A stretch of DNA of 63,471 nucleotides, filler included, from Octopus bimaculoides (taxonomy: Eukaryota), in NCBI RefSeq assembly GCF_001194135.2. It is 8 parts of 6 records of this genome, joined end to end, with 100 filler letters (N's around TTAATTAATTAA, not from the genome) between each part and the next. Parts side by side here need not be neighbours in the genome. Positions count along the whole stretch, not along the records: positions 10,721 to 33,123 come from NC_068981.1; 7 more parts are not named here. The stretch is one strand, 5' to 3'. The notes beneath the pieces are model-generated. The model was not told where the DNA came from and did not search any database. It saw only the letters and a program-made list of their open reading frames with translations. Shown here piece by piece: positions 12,063 to 24,195 of the stretch (its first letter is position 1; each line of letters begins with the position of its first letter). The position numbers and the translations under genes are program-made.

Positions 12063-12737
12063 ATCAATTACCTAAAATTAAAACGCGAGAGAGGGATAAA
12101 GACCACAAACTACATGACTATATCTTAATTACCAACAGCATACAAACCCTTACCTCCATACTCAACGGACTGGTTATAGACCAGGAATGCAATTACATAT
12201 TGCCAGAGGATAAGAAGGGATGCCGGAAGGAGATGTATAGTTGTAAGGAGCAGTTACTGGTGAACGGGAGTAGTATAGACTTCAGAAAGAGAGACACACA
12301 CATTATAATAACCTACATTACTTGCCGAAAAGTACTTTATAATATACCACACATTTTGTTACTGGAAACAATCTCTATAATAAAGCAGTTTCAATACTGT
12401 TTAAGTGCATCAACTTTGTCATGTGAAAATGGAAAGCAACAGTATCATTACAAGATAAGGAGAAGATGATTAAAACTGGTCCTATACCCAAAAGAAGTGG
12501 TGTCTTCCAAGGAAATTCATCATCCATTTCAATTTTCTGCTTGGCTCTACTGTCATTAACAAATCTGCGAGATAAAACTACTAAGAAAAAACTCATAACT
12601 ATTACTTTTATATGTAAGACTTAAAATTTTTACAAGGACCAATACTCAGCAGAAAAAAAAAAACTACTAAAAATTTGAAACTAAAATTTGCTCCAAAAGC
12701 CAATATGAATGTTTCTCTCATGGTATTTACCGTAGCA

Positions 12738-13118
12738 GTGGAGGCGCAATGGCCCAGTGGTTAGGGCAGCGGACTCGCGGTCATAGGATCGCGGTTTTGA
12801 TTCCCTGACCGGGCGTTGTGAGTATTTATTGAGCGAAAACACCTAAAGCTCCACAAGGCTCCGGCAGGGGATGGTGGCGAACCCTGCTGTACTCTTCCAC
12901 CACAACTTTCTCTCACTCTTTCTTCCTGTTTCTGTTGTGCCTGTAATTCAAAGGGCCAGCCTTGTCACACTGTGTCACGCTGAATATCCCCGAGAACTAC
13001 GTTAAGGGTACACGTGTCTGTAGAGTGCTCAGCCACTTGCACGTTAATTTCACGAGCAGGCTGTTCCGTTGATCGGATCAACTGGAACCCTCGACGTCGT
13101 AAGCGACGGAGTGCCAAC
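12738..13118 (+). mobile_element. Full-length SINE family B with 13-bp TSD
   Basis: A box TGGCCCAGTGG; perfect TSD ATTTACCGTAGCA at 12725-12737 and 13119-13131. Confidence 0.95.
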
Positions 13119-13306
13119 ATTTACCGTAGCATAGTTTGACCTAACAGAACATACACGTTTAAGTGGGGATACATATTACCTCTCGGTATTAATACTGCCT
13201 CTGTCGCTAATGAAATACTAAAAACTGTTCATGAATTAAACCAAGACATAAAAATGAAAAAGCATATTAACTAAAACTGGAAACATTAAATTAAAAGAAA
13301 CACCGA

Positions 13307-14498
13307 GGATCTTTTCCTTTTGATCGGCAGGTTGATAAATTAATTTTTTTAAACTAAACACTTTCAAAGTTTGGATACTGATAGAATGTGTCATATAGAA
13401 CATCTTTTACTCTTAGCGTTGTTGAGAAAAGTTTGTATTTCCGAAGTTATTTCGTTTTAAAGTTGTCGTATTTGGGTAATTTCAACCAATCAATGACGTC
13501 TATTGAGCTGAATAAAGTTACTGCTATTGCTTGTCAACAACAACTTCCGGCGGTGTATATTTCGTTTGTCACTGTTATTTATGACATATTTCATCTCAGT
13601 TACGTTCGTATGAATAAACGAGTGTATCTGAAGCATGTTTACTTCATGGCACCACCACAATCGTACGTGCATTTCTACTGCTTTTAGGTTGTTTTTCCTG
13701 TTTTTCAGTTACTATTTTTGAAATGACTTCCTCCTGTCCCACCACCATTTTCTCGCAAATTATTGTTTTTTTTTTTTAAATGTTGTCACAAACCCAGCTT
13801 TTCGGATACGGAGATTCCGGAAAATTGCAAAAAATCGGAGTTTTGAAAGTTTTTGGCACCCCTTACCCCTNNNNNNNNNNNNNNNNNNNNNNNNNNNNNN
13901 NNNNNNNNNNNNNNNNNNNNNNNNNNNNNNNNNNNNNNNNNNNNNNNNNNNNNNNNNNNNNNNNNNNNNNNNNNNNNNNNNNNNNNNNNNNNNNNNNNNN
14001 NNNNNNNNNNNNNNNNNNNNNNNNNNNNNNNNNNNNNNNNNNNNNNNNNNNNNNNNNNNNNNNNNNNNNNNNNNNNNNNNNNNNNNNNNNNNNNNNNNNN
14101 NNNNNNNNNNNNNNNNNTAAAACCCTTACCCTAACTCTAAAACTCTAACCCTTAAAACCCTAACCCTAAAACCCTAACCCTCACCCTAAAACCCTAAAGC
14201 TAAAACCAGTACAAACGCACGAACGATGTCATAAATAACAGTGATAAACGAAGTATACACCACCGATAGTTGTTGTTGACAAACAACAGCAGTAATTTTA
14301 TTCAGCTGAATACACGTTATTGATTGGTTGAAATTACCGAAATTCAACTTTAACACAAAATAACTTTGAAAATAGAAACTTTTCTCAACAACACTGAGAG
14401 TAAAAGAGTTTCTATATGACACCAGTATACGAAGTTTCAAAGTGTTTAGTCAAAGAAAATTAATTAATCGAGCTGCCCATGAAAAAAGGAAAAGGTCC
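13307..14498. mobile_element. Foldback MITE, Merlin-like (GG..CC termini, 8-bp TSD, ~280-bp TIRs)
   Basis: Termini GGATCTTTT / AAAAGGTCC; TSD AACACCGA (13299-13306) vs AACACTGA (14499-14506); arms 13307-~13590 and ~14225-14498 are reverse complements. Confidence 0.8.
13855..14207 (+). repeat. Degenerate telomere-like (CCCTAA/CCCTAAAA)n tract, gapped
   Basis: ccttacccct [gap] taaaacccttaccctaactctaaaactctaaccc...ccctaaccctaaaaccctaaccc. Confidence 0.8.
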
Positions 14499-14710
14499 AA
14501 CACTGAAATCGAAGAATCAGACCAAAACCACCAATTCAAATACTTATTTTGTGTTTGCATTAGTAAGATACTACAGAGTACTTATACAGATAAGCTACAG
14601 AACGACCAATACAAATACTTTAAAGTATTTTAACTGATAAGAAACAACAAAGAAATGAAAGCGAACCAGAGGAAATTATTCTTACAGAAAAGTTAGACTA
14701 ATGTTGACTT

Positions 14711-14913
14711 CAAATTTTGACGCGAGGCCAGTACTTTCTGGGAGGGGTAAATCGATTACATCGATTCCAATGTTTACTTGGTACTTATTTTATTGACCCC
14801 GAAAAATGAACAGTAAAGTCGACCTCAGTGGAATTTGAACTCAGAATGTTAAGACAGAAGAAATGCCGTTAAGCTTTTTCCCGGCGTGCTAACGAGTTTG
14901 CCAGCCGCCTTAA
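14711..14913 (-). mobile_element. SINE family A
   Basis: aaagtcgacctcagtggaatttgaactcag...ccggcgtgctaacg. Confidence 0.8.
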
Positions 14914-15269
14914 GAAATAGACAAATATTGAAAACTGAGATCAATGTTAGAAATAAGATAACACACCCAGTCATAGTTTGAAGATAAACTGCAAGTTAAA
15001 GAAAGTGTAGAGTTTTGACAGAAAAACTAGGAGACTATAACATCATTTCGATGCCACAATTAAAAAGCTGCTATAAAAAGAATATATGTACCACATTCAT
15101 AGTTAGGACCGAGTCTGATACAAACAGAAGACTACTACAGAATAACGATTGTGGGACTCTAGAAAAACATAGAAGTAAGCAAGGGGATATTAATTAGTAT
15201 AATAAATGAACATGAAGAAAACAAATAGCTGTTATACATACATACATACATGCATACGTGTGTGTGTGC

Positions 15270-15343
<74 letters not shown>

Positions 15344-15837
15344 AAATAAATTAATAAGAAAATATAACACGTCATTCTACAGAGTGGAAGCAAGCCAGAG
15401 TTAAAGACAAAATTGACTTCTACATACAACTTCTAATTTTTTTTTTTTAATTACGATCCACGGGATCGTTTTTGATCCACTGTCATAAAAGCACAATGAT
15501 TTTAATGATTAAATACTAGTGCAAGCATAGCTATATGGTTAAGAAGTTAATTTTGCTACTATGTTGTCCCTTTGTCACTTCTGACGCGAGTAATGCAGAA
15601 AACCAATGACTGATTGGTTGGAAACCTGTAACCATCCAAGCCATTGTTCAGTAATTGCTATTTAATACGATAAATAAATAAATAAATAACATTACTACAA
15701 TATATCTGGCCAACGGTCCTACCGTTTCTGCATATCCAAAGCTAAATATTCGTTCATTAAAAAATATAAATTTCGTTGGCAAAAATTGCACAGTCTATTT
15801 CCTGTCATTCTTCTTACGACATCTCTATAGAGTTTCT

Positions 15838-16043
15838 AACATAGGTACAAAGATTGAAATTTGGGAGAAGAGTGTAAGTCGGCACTATATACATTAGACT
15901 GGTACTTTATTTTATCGATCAAGTGGGGATAAAAGGGAGGAGTTGATCTAGGTGGGATTTGAACTCAAAATATAAAGAGTCTAAAGTAAAATCGTGAAGC
16001 ATTTTTACCGATGTCCTAAAGATTCTGCTAATTTACCACCTTA
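15838..16043 (-). mobile_element. SINE family A, degenerate
   Basis: ggtactttattttatcgat...gatttgaactc...gattctgctaatttaccacc. Confidence 0.65.
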
Positions 16044-16056
16044 ATATACAGATAGT

Positions 16057-16441
16057 GTGGAGGCGCAATGGCCCAGTGGTTAGGGCTGCGGAATCGCGGT
16101 CATAGGATTACGGGTTCAATTCCCAGACCGGGCGCTGTGAGTGTTTATTGAGCGAAAACACCTAAGGCTCCACGAGGTTCCGGCAGGGGATGGTGGCGAA
16201 CCCTGCTGTACTCTTTCACCACAACTTTCTCCCACTCTTTCTTCCTGTTTCTGTTGTACCTGTATTTCAAAGGGCCATCCTTGTCACAATGTGTCACGCT
16301 GAATGTCCCCGAGAACTACGTTAAGGGTACACGTGTCTGTGGAGCGCTCAGCCACTTGCACGTTAATTTCATGAGCAGGCTGTTCCGTTGATTGGATCGA
16401 CTGGAACCCTCGACGTCGTAAGCGACGGAGTGCCAACAACA
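16057..16441 (+). mobile_element. Full-length SINE family B with 11-bp TSD
   Basis: B box GGTTCAATTCC; (CAA)n tail; TSD ATACAGATAGT at 16046-16056 and 16442-16452. Confidence 0.95.
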
Positions 16442-17041
16442 ATACAGATAGTAAGATAATGACAATTTATAAAACATTAAAAATACAAAAAAATCATTTC
16501 ACACACACAATATCTCAATAATCATTTCGTGATAGCTGTTCCTAATACACCCATGTTAACTTATATTTTAGGAGATTATATAAAAGTAATACCAACCTCT
16601 TGCCTCGGAACAAAAATCATAACAAAAACCTAGACATTAAATAAATACAACTGAAATGCAATTCCTGAAGTGACCCATAAAGTTCCTAAAATATCGGAGA
16701 GAAATTGAAGCATGACAGCGAAGGGAAACAAAATCTGTATGCTATAATGTTTGAACCAAATGACTGCAATACTACACTGGAAATTAAATGTCCTTATGAT
16801 AAGTGAAACTAAAATATCGCATTACCGTAACATACGTAGAAATGCATACAAAATTGCTTTGCTCCAAAGCTTGTTTCATTTTGCTGGATCACGAGAACTG
16901 ATGAGCTGTGTACACGCGAGCGAGCGTGTGTGATTGTATATATATATATATATACACACACATATCATACTATATATATATATATATATAGTGTGATATA
17001 TGTGTGTATATATATATACATATAGTATGATATATGCGTAT

Positions 17042-17073
<32 letters not shown>

Positions 17074-17658
17074 TATGTTTATTGAGTGTAGATTGGCAGT
17101 GGGTGACCTTCACGGTCATTACTCGGACTTTCGTTGACTTGAAAGCGCGTGCCGAACCGATCAGATATCTGCTACAAGTGAAACCATCAGTTGTAACGGA
17201 CATCTTATCGATAAGACAAGAACTTCCGTGTCAATGGCCGTGTAAATCACCAACTGCTCATTAAACATACATAATAGTACAAGTACAATTTTATTCCACA
17301 TGCCCGCACATATGTGTGTTTGTATGTGTGTGAGAATGTGTGTGTCTTTGTGTGTGTGTGTGTGTGTTCGTGTGGTTCTCGGGAGTCACTGCAGCGACGA
17401 TGCTCGTCTTGCACTCATATATATTGTTTTAACACATGTTTGTATGAAGATTTTACCTCATACAAATCTACAGCTTAATGTCTTCTAATGGTGTGTATAC
17501 GTTTAATATTATACACGGGTAGTGACTTTAATGTTGTTTCAATCGCGTAGACCGATTTATTTTTCCTACCGCTCGTTTTATTAATGTTTTATTTATTCTC
17601 TCCTTTATATATTGAGGCACAAATTTCATTTGAGCTGGTGGCAGTCTGGTACACAGCA

Positions 17659-17689
17659 TTGACGAGCCTCAAGAAAGGCGAAACAAGTC
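17659..17689 (+). ncRNA. Hammerhead-like remnant
   Basis: TTGACGA-GCCT-caagaa-AGGC-GAAAC-aa-GTC; stem I does not pair. Confidence 0.45.
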
Positions 17690-17699
17690 AGTCATTCTT

Positions 17700-18700
17700 C
17701 TGATATTTTGTTTCTTTCTGTTAGCCAAACATGGTATCTGTGATTGTTCAAAGTACATTTTACATCACTTTTCTTTCTTTGCAACATCCTCTTCGAATGC
17801 AGTGATTGTTGTTGAGCTGTATGTCACTCTTCTGCGTGTGTTTATGTTCAATGTGATGTTTAATTGTACGTGGTATTTGCTGTTGCTCATGTTAAGAAGG
17901 GAGACAATGAAGTATTTGATAAATGCTACTTTGAAAGTGTTGTTATAGAGCCAAACTTGTAGCTAATATAAGCAGGGTTGGAGTAGATGGTGAGCAGTGT
18001 CGGGAGAATGATGGAAGGGTGTGTAAATGTGATGTCATCTATTTAAGAATCTGTTGCAAATTTTGCTGTGGTGTGGGTATGTCGAATAAGTATAAATTAG
18101 AAAGACTAGGTGAGATTCCTGTGATATTTGGGAAATTGCAAGCTCTGCAAATGTTCTTGTACATTCCATAGGTTTTGTCATCTGACAGATGGTTTGTTAG
18201 CATTTTTTCTTGAGTTGTTATACGAGCAGATAACGGGGAATGAAGTCAATAGTAGTGCTGATGTCGATAGCAGTAAAATGGTAATTGTGCGAGTATTTTC
18301 TCTTTTATAAACCATCTTGTATTATCTGTTAGATTTATAACTAGTGCGGTGGTTTAGCATAGTAGTCAAAACCTCTGTTGGTAATAAGAGGAAACAAGAG
18401 TTAGTAATATCAAGGATTAACCTTTCCAGAATTATTTCGATGTGCATAGGAGAGTGGATATGTCACTATGAAAAATGTTGGGCCTTAAAGTTTGTTACAA
18501 TTCTGCTACTTTTAGTTTCCTTTTAGCATCAGTATAAATAGTTGCAAATATTGGGGTGGGGGGGTGTAATGCTTTCTTCAAGCCCAGAATGTTTGGGACT
18601 CAAAACTTTTTTGTCTTTTTATATTTCACCATTGATTTATTCGAGTCTTGGAGAAAAAAAAAAAGAAGAGTAAAAAATCATGATGAAACAAGTGTATCTT
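17700..18700 (-). mobile_element. Degenerate Penelope-like RT fragment
   Basis: Minus translation FTAIDISTTIDFIP, SNLYLF, *IDDITF (YIDD) near 18035, LDITNS; many stops. Confidence 0.5.
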
Positions 18701-19281
18701 TCCTTTTGCGTCTGATTTCGTGTCGTTTTTCGATGGCTGACTGTTGAGGAGTGTCTGATTTGAGTACTTGATACGTGTTGTAGTGTGGGTATAGTATCTG
18801 TTTTAGCTATTGTGACATGCGGTGTGACACTCGTTGATGATAATTCCCGTTACACATTTATAGTGTCTTACTGTTTAGTGGTTTATGTTACATACAGATT
18901 TTGCCAGTTTTTGTTATTCTTGTTTAGTTTGTAATTTCTATGCTTAGTTGTTTGATGTTGTGCAGTTTTGGTGTATTGTTAGGTTGTTGATTTTCATGGG
19001 GCTGACTATTTCCGGTATGTAATTAGAATTGTATTTTAATGTTGCTTTGTAGCCACATCAAAAATAATTATAGACGTATATAATTACTTGTGTGTATATA
19101 TATGTATAATTATATAATTTGTATGTATAATCATACGGAGATACGTTTTTAACTATTCTTGTTGAATATATGTGTTGAAGTCCCGTGCAACTGATTGTGG
19201 TATTGTTGAATTACATCAAAAACCGCAGTTGATTACAACGAGCAGCATAACTAGAGAGAGTGCTGCGGTAGGCAACCCTTG

Positions 19282-19459
19282 AGTTTGCGCCTACCCACTA
19301 TACAGCCTTATACAGCAGTTTGTGCCTACCCCCTATAGAGCCTTATATAGTAGTTTGCGCCTACCCCCTATAGAGCCTTATAGAGTAGTTTGAAGCTATC
19401 CCCTATACAGCCTTATACAGTAGTTTGCGCCTACCTCCTATACAGCCTTATACAGCAGT
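19282..19459 (+). repeat. 35-bp minisatellite, 5 units
   Basis: Unit agtttgcgcctaccccctata(c/g)agccttata(c/t/g)ag(t/c); units start at 19282, 19317, 19352, 19387, 19422. Confidence 0.95.
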
Positions 19460-20432
19460 CCCAAAAGTGTGACTCCATAAAATTATCGCCTTGTGGCGGA
19501 CTGTCTCCCTACATCGACCCCCACCATTTGCTACGCTACGCAACTGTATGCATTTTTGTGGAAACTCGTTCCACTGTGGTTTCTGAAGTTTGTGGAGTGT
19601 TTTTGGTTGCTTCTTTTTTGGTTGCTTCTTTTATGTGTATTGTAATAAATAGTAAATGGCAAGTAATCCGAGAAAAGGTGAGGAATTATTTCCCAGCTGG
19701 GTTTTTTCTTTTTCCTTTTTCTTTTTCCATAGCTATGTGTGTGGAACGAAATGGATGTTAGAGGAGAGTTCTTAAAGTTGGGCTGATGCGGTGCATATGT
19801 TAGTGTGNNNNNNNNNNNNNNNNNNNNNNNNNNNNNNNNNNNNNNNNNNNNNNNNNNNNNNNNNNNNNNNNNNNNNNNNNNNNNNNNNNNNNNNNNNNNN
19901 NNNNNNNNNNNNNNNNNNNNNNNNNNNNNNNNNNNNNNNNNNNNNNNNNNNNNNNNNNNNNNNNNNNNNNNNNNNNNNNNNNNNNNNNNNNNNNNNNNNN
20001 NNNNNNNNNNNNNNNNNNNNNNNNNNNNNNNNNNNNNNNNNNNNNATATATATATATATATATATATAGTGGAAATGGGTGCACTAGGTGCTCGACAAAT
20101 TTACCATCTTACTGAAATCACATAACCGACTGCTTGACAAGATTTCCGTCTATACAACTTGACCTTTGTCTCCATATTAGGTCTGGCGACTTACCCTGTA
20201 CTATTTTCTATGCCACTATGTACAATTATCCTACCTCGCTATCCTCCCCTCATCCCATTGATCGTCATATATCTCTCGATATGTCGTGATCTGTACTTCA
20301 ATCCCTTCTAAAGAGGAGTTCAGTATGATTAAATGCTCTATGTAAACTGCATTTATAAATTGAATGAATTGTGTGACATTGGAACAGATGAAATAAAGGA
20401 ATACTAAATTCATGCTTATGCTTTTCTCCGAT

Positions 20433-20524
<92 letters not shown>

Positions 20525-21579
20525 CATACATACACACACATGTGTATGTATACATGCGTGCCTGTGTATATGTGTGTGTTTATATCTCACTACTTATCAG
20601 CGAAGGACGTAAATGTCGGCTGGTAAAAAAACGGTTTTCTTTGGATGAAGTCGACTGAATTTCAGACGCTCACATGTCACTTTTACTCTAAGGAATGCAG
20701 TGAACCATAATTAACCCGCTGGGTACCTTACCACCAACGACACTACTTTACACGAATTGAGATATTAAATAAAAATAAACAAATATTGAGCAAGGCTACG
20801 ACCCAGATTTCACTGAGATTTCATAATCTATGTTATCATTCAGAATTTGAGAACACGTTAGATTATCCTGACATGGAAGAAAATACTAGAAATACGAATA
20901 TACGAAAGCTAAAGAAAAAAGGAGTACAGAACAGCATAAGAAAGTAAGAGTTGAAATTGTATCTCAGCTTATGGCAATTTGAACCAAATATTATTTACAT
21001 TTATTCATGGTCGTTAAGCAAACCCAATTTAGCTGCTAGATATCCAGCAACCAAAAGCTGCACCATAATTTACAATGTAATTTGCATGGTTGCATTTCCA
21101 ACTTTTCAGACATTACTCCTCACGATAATAAAACTATAATGTTGAAGAGCGACACAAATGCAGTGTTTTCGTCTTCTATCTATCTGCATGTCTAGAGTAA
21201 TGGACCTATACGGTGCTTCAGATTATTCACTCAACAACATTTTTGTCATATGTTTTAAGAAGGGCTAACCAGGGTAACTCGTAACAACAACCAAAGATAC
21301 GGGGAAATTAATAATAACTAAAGCAAAGTCATAAGTATGAATGGAAATTTCAATCACGTGGCTTGCATTGTTTTACCAAATCGAATGGAAGAAATGTGAA
21401 GCTGATAATTATGGGATGGATTTGAACGTAGCCGGATAGAACAAAGTAATGAGCAGAATTTTTAAGTGTTCTTTTAACTATCGACTATCTTTCGACACAT
21501 AAGGTAATAATTGTATCTAATTCAGGCATATGAACAGAAAATTTTAGGGGAGAGCTTAGTCGTATGTATCAACCACTAT

Positions 21580-21790
21580 ACTCTTTTACTTGTTTCAGTC
21601 ATCTGACTGCGGCCATGCTGGAGCACCGCCTTTAGTCGAGCAAATCGACCCCAAGACTTATTCTTTGTAAGCCTAGTACTTATTCCATCGGTCTCTTTTG
21701 CCGAACCACTAAGTTACGGGGACGTAAACACACCAGCATCGGTTGTCAAACGTTGTTGAGGGGACAAACACAGACACACAAACATAAACA

Positions 21791-21868
<78 letters not shown>

Positions 21869-22019
21869 CTTCTTTCAGTTTCCGTCTATCAAATCCACTC
21901 ACAAGGCTTTGGTCGGCTCGAGGCTATAATAGAAGACACTTGCCCAAGGTGTCACGCAGTGGGAATGAACCTGGAACCATGTGGTTGGTAAGCAAGCTAC
22001 TTACCACACAGCCACTCCT
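21580..22019 (-). mobile_element. Full-length SINE family C with internal (CA)/(TA) microsatellite
   Basis: Reverse complement of the 53182 element: tRNA-like head, gacggaaactgaaagaagcc, microsatellite, 3' module. Confidence 0.9.
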
Positions 22020-22304
22020 TTTATTTTCTAATGACTTGTAGGTACGCGGTATTTCGTTATGCAAACATAATATACTATAAAGTATATTAAATGTTTTTGT
22101 AAGTCAATACCACGTTCTACTGCATTAGCAGTGCGCTTTACATTACTTCTTAAGGTTTATTCTTTCGAAGCCTGATGGCTAAAAGGCAAAATTGATGTAG
22201 GTGAGATTCGAACTCAGAAACTAAAGAGCTAGAATAAATGACGCAAATGATTGTTTCCTACGTTTTAAAAGTTATGCCAATCCGCCACCGTAACGCACAA
22301 TGCA

Positions 22305-22522
22305 ATTACCCTTTCTACTATAGGTACAAGGCCTAAAGTTGTTGGGGAGAAGTTAAGTCAATTACATTGACCCCAGTTCTCATCTTGTACTTAGTTTATC
22401 GACCCTGAAAGGATGAAAGGCAAAGTTGACCTCGGCAGAATTTGAACTCAGAACGAAAGACGGACGAAATGTCGCTAAGCATTTTGCCCGGCGTGCTAAC
22501 GCTTCTGCCAGCTCGCCGCCTT
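22305..22522 (-). mobile_element. SINE family A, near full length
   Basis: aaggcaaagttgacctcggcagaatttgaactcag...ttctgccagctcgccgcc. Confidence 0.85.
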
Positions 22523-24195
22523 GACACAATGTAATAATGTTGTTTTTTTCCAAAAGGAGAATATTGTGTGTGTGCGGGCGCGCGTGGAATGAGAAATTTT
22601 GGACCAAGTAGAAACGATAATCGAAATGTGTAGATCTATGCTGAAAATATATAAACGTACTTATTGAAATATAGAAATGTATCTGTAGGTGCTGGAGAAA
22701 GAAGAGGTACAAAGCCAAAACAAATTTGAGAAACACTCAGAATAAAGAAACGTATTTGTGTTTAGTTCCCTCACCATTTACTGTGAATGATTTACCATCG
22801 ATATTTCAGTGAAGGAATTATTTATTCAGTATCCAAAAAGTGAAGGACAATATTCTGCAACTACATCTAATATCAAAATAACGTCGATATTATAACTCTT
22901 CTGCACAATCAACTACGCAAGATATTTAGGTTGGTCACATTGTTGAGACCGAGAAGCATCTCGTTCTATGTAAAATATAGAGTCTAAAAGTAGATATCTT
23001 CTGGTCATACTTGGAAAAGAAAATGTTGCGGTGTTAACGTTGCCACTATATGAAGCATGGTAGAAATGGAGAGTGTATGCAAGCGTAGAATTTACCATTA
23101 CATTTCAGCGCACGAAGTGAGTAAGAAGCTTTTGACTCCTTCTTTCACAACCTAAGCCTCTTAGTGTTAGCATATTACTATTTCCTAAAACCTATTTCAT
23201 CATTGATAGCAATATAGGCATATACTTCAATGAAAGCCATTATATCGATTGAAAGTCATACATCAATTGTATAAACAAATCGAAGTAAAAAAAAGAAAAG
23301 AAAAAGAATATTCAGGATGTTATGATCCATGACCAAAAACCCAAAAAGGTAATAGATATAATTTAGCAAAAAATAAAGTCCGGTAGCCTAAACTTAAGAT
23401 GGTGAGACATACAACATAAACATATACAGAAACTTACAAACTTTAAGTGCGAGCAGACGATCTACAGGGGCCATATTGTCTGCCACCATCAACCTTTTTC
23501 ATCAGCAAGTTTACTGAGTTTGTTTATCCACTCAATTTCCATGTTTGTTTTGATTTCCGTAAGAGTGTTTTCTCCTGCGTCTTCTTTTCGATTCTTTTTT
23601 CCCCCTTTTCCCCAAATGGTTTCTACTTCACACGAGCAGTCTAGCTATTATAATCTCCCCGCTTCTCAAAACAATACTAACATAACCACAAATTATGCAG
23701 CAGAGACAAAAAATAATACAGACGAACAGACGTTTGGAGTTGCGTAAGTACTCGAAAAGAATAAATAAACTGACTTTAAGATATCAGGCGCTTAGCAAGG
23801 GTGGTGGATTCACAGAATCGTTAAGGAGTCGGAAAACATTCCATGCGATATTTCTTCCGGTTCATTAAGGTCTGAGTTCATATCCTGACAATGCCAAGCT
23901 GTGCATTTCGTCCCCTTAGGATCGATAATATAAATTACCAGTCCAGAAAGTTGCATCTTTCAGTAACATATGTAGAATGAATCACCAAATGAGAGCCGAT
24001 ATTTTCTACAAGCATTGATCTCTGTCTTACAGACGAACGAACGTAACAGCCAAACACTAATTTAAAAACAACTAACGCTGCTGATACATTGTCAGTTCTA
24101 CTGTCCTTCTCTAATCATTCACAGCCGAGTGAACTGATCCATTCAATTGCTTCAACCTAGAAAACCTCTCTCAACTGATAAAAGACAGTTTCAAT

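Larger units (their letters stand above)
12090..15200 (+). mobile_element. Fragmented Dong/R4-clade non-LTR retrotransposon RT with nested insertions
   Basis: ILPEDKKGCRKEMYSCKEQLLVN; IKTGPIPKRSGVFQGNS; FYM*DLK (YMDD) at ~12610; EESDQNHQFKYL at ~14510; 15020-15190 resembles 36870-37020. Confidence 0.75.

Noticed and set aside
13855-14207. True chromosome end
   Set aside because: The tract is degenerate and enclosed by TIRs with continuous flanks.
16898-16925. CTGATGA followed by a hairpin as a hammerhead
   Set aside because: GAGC replaces GAAA and no stems I or III form.
19282-19459. CRISPR-like periodic array
   Set aside because: Tandem units without unique spacers, in eukaryotic DNA with no cas genes.
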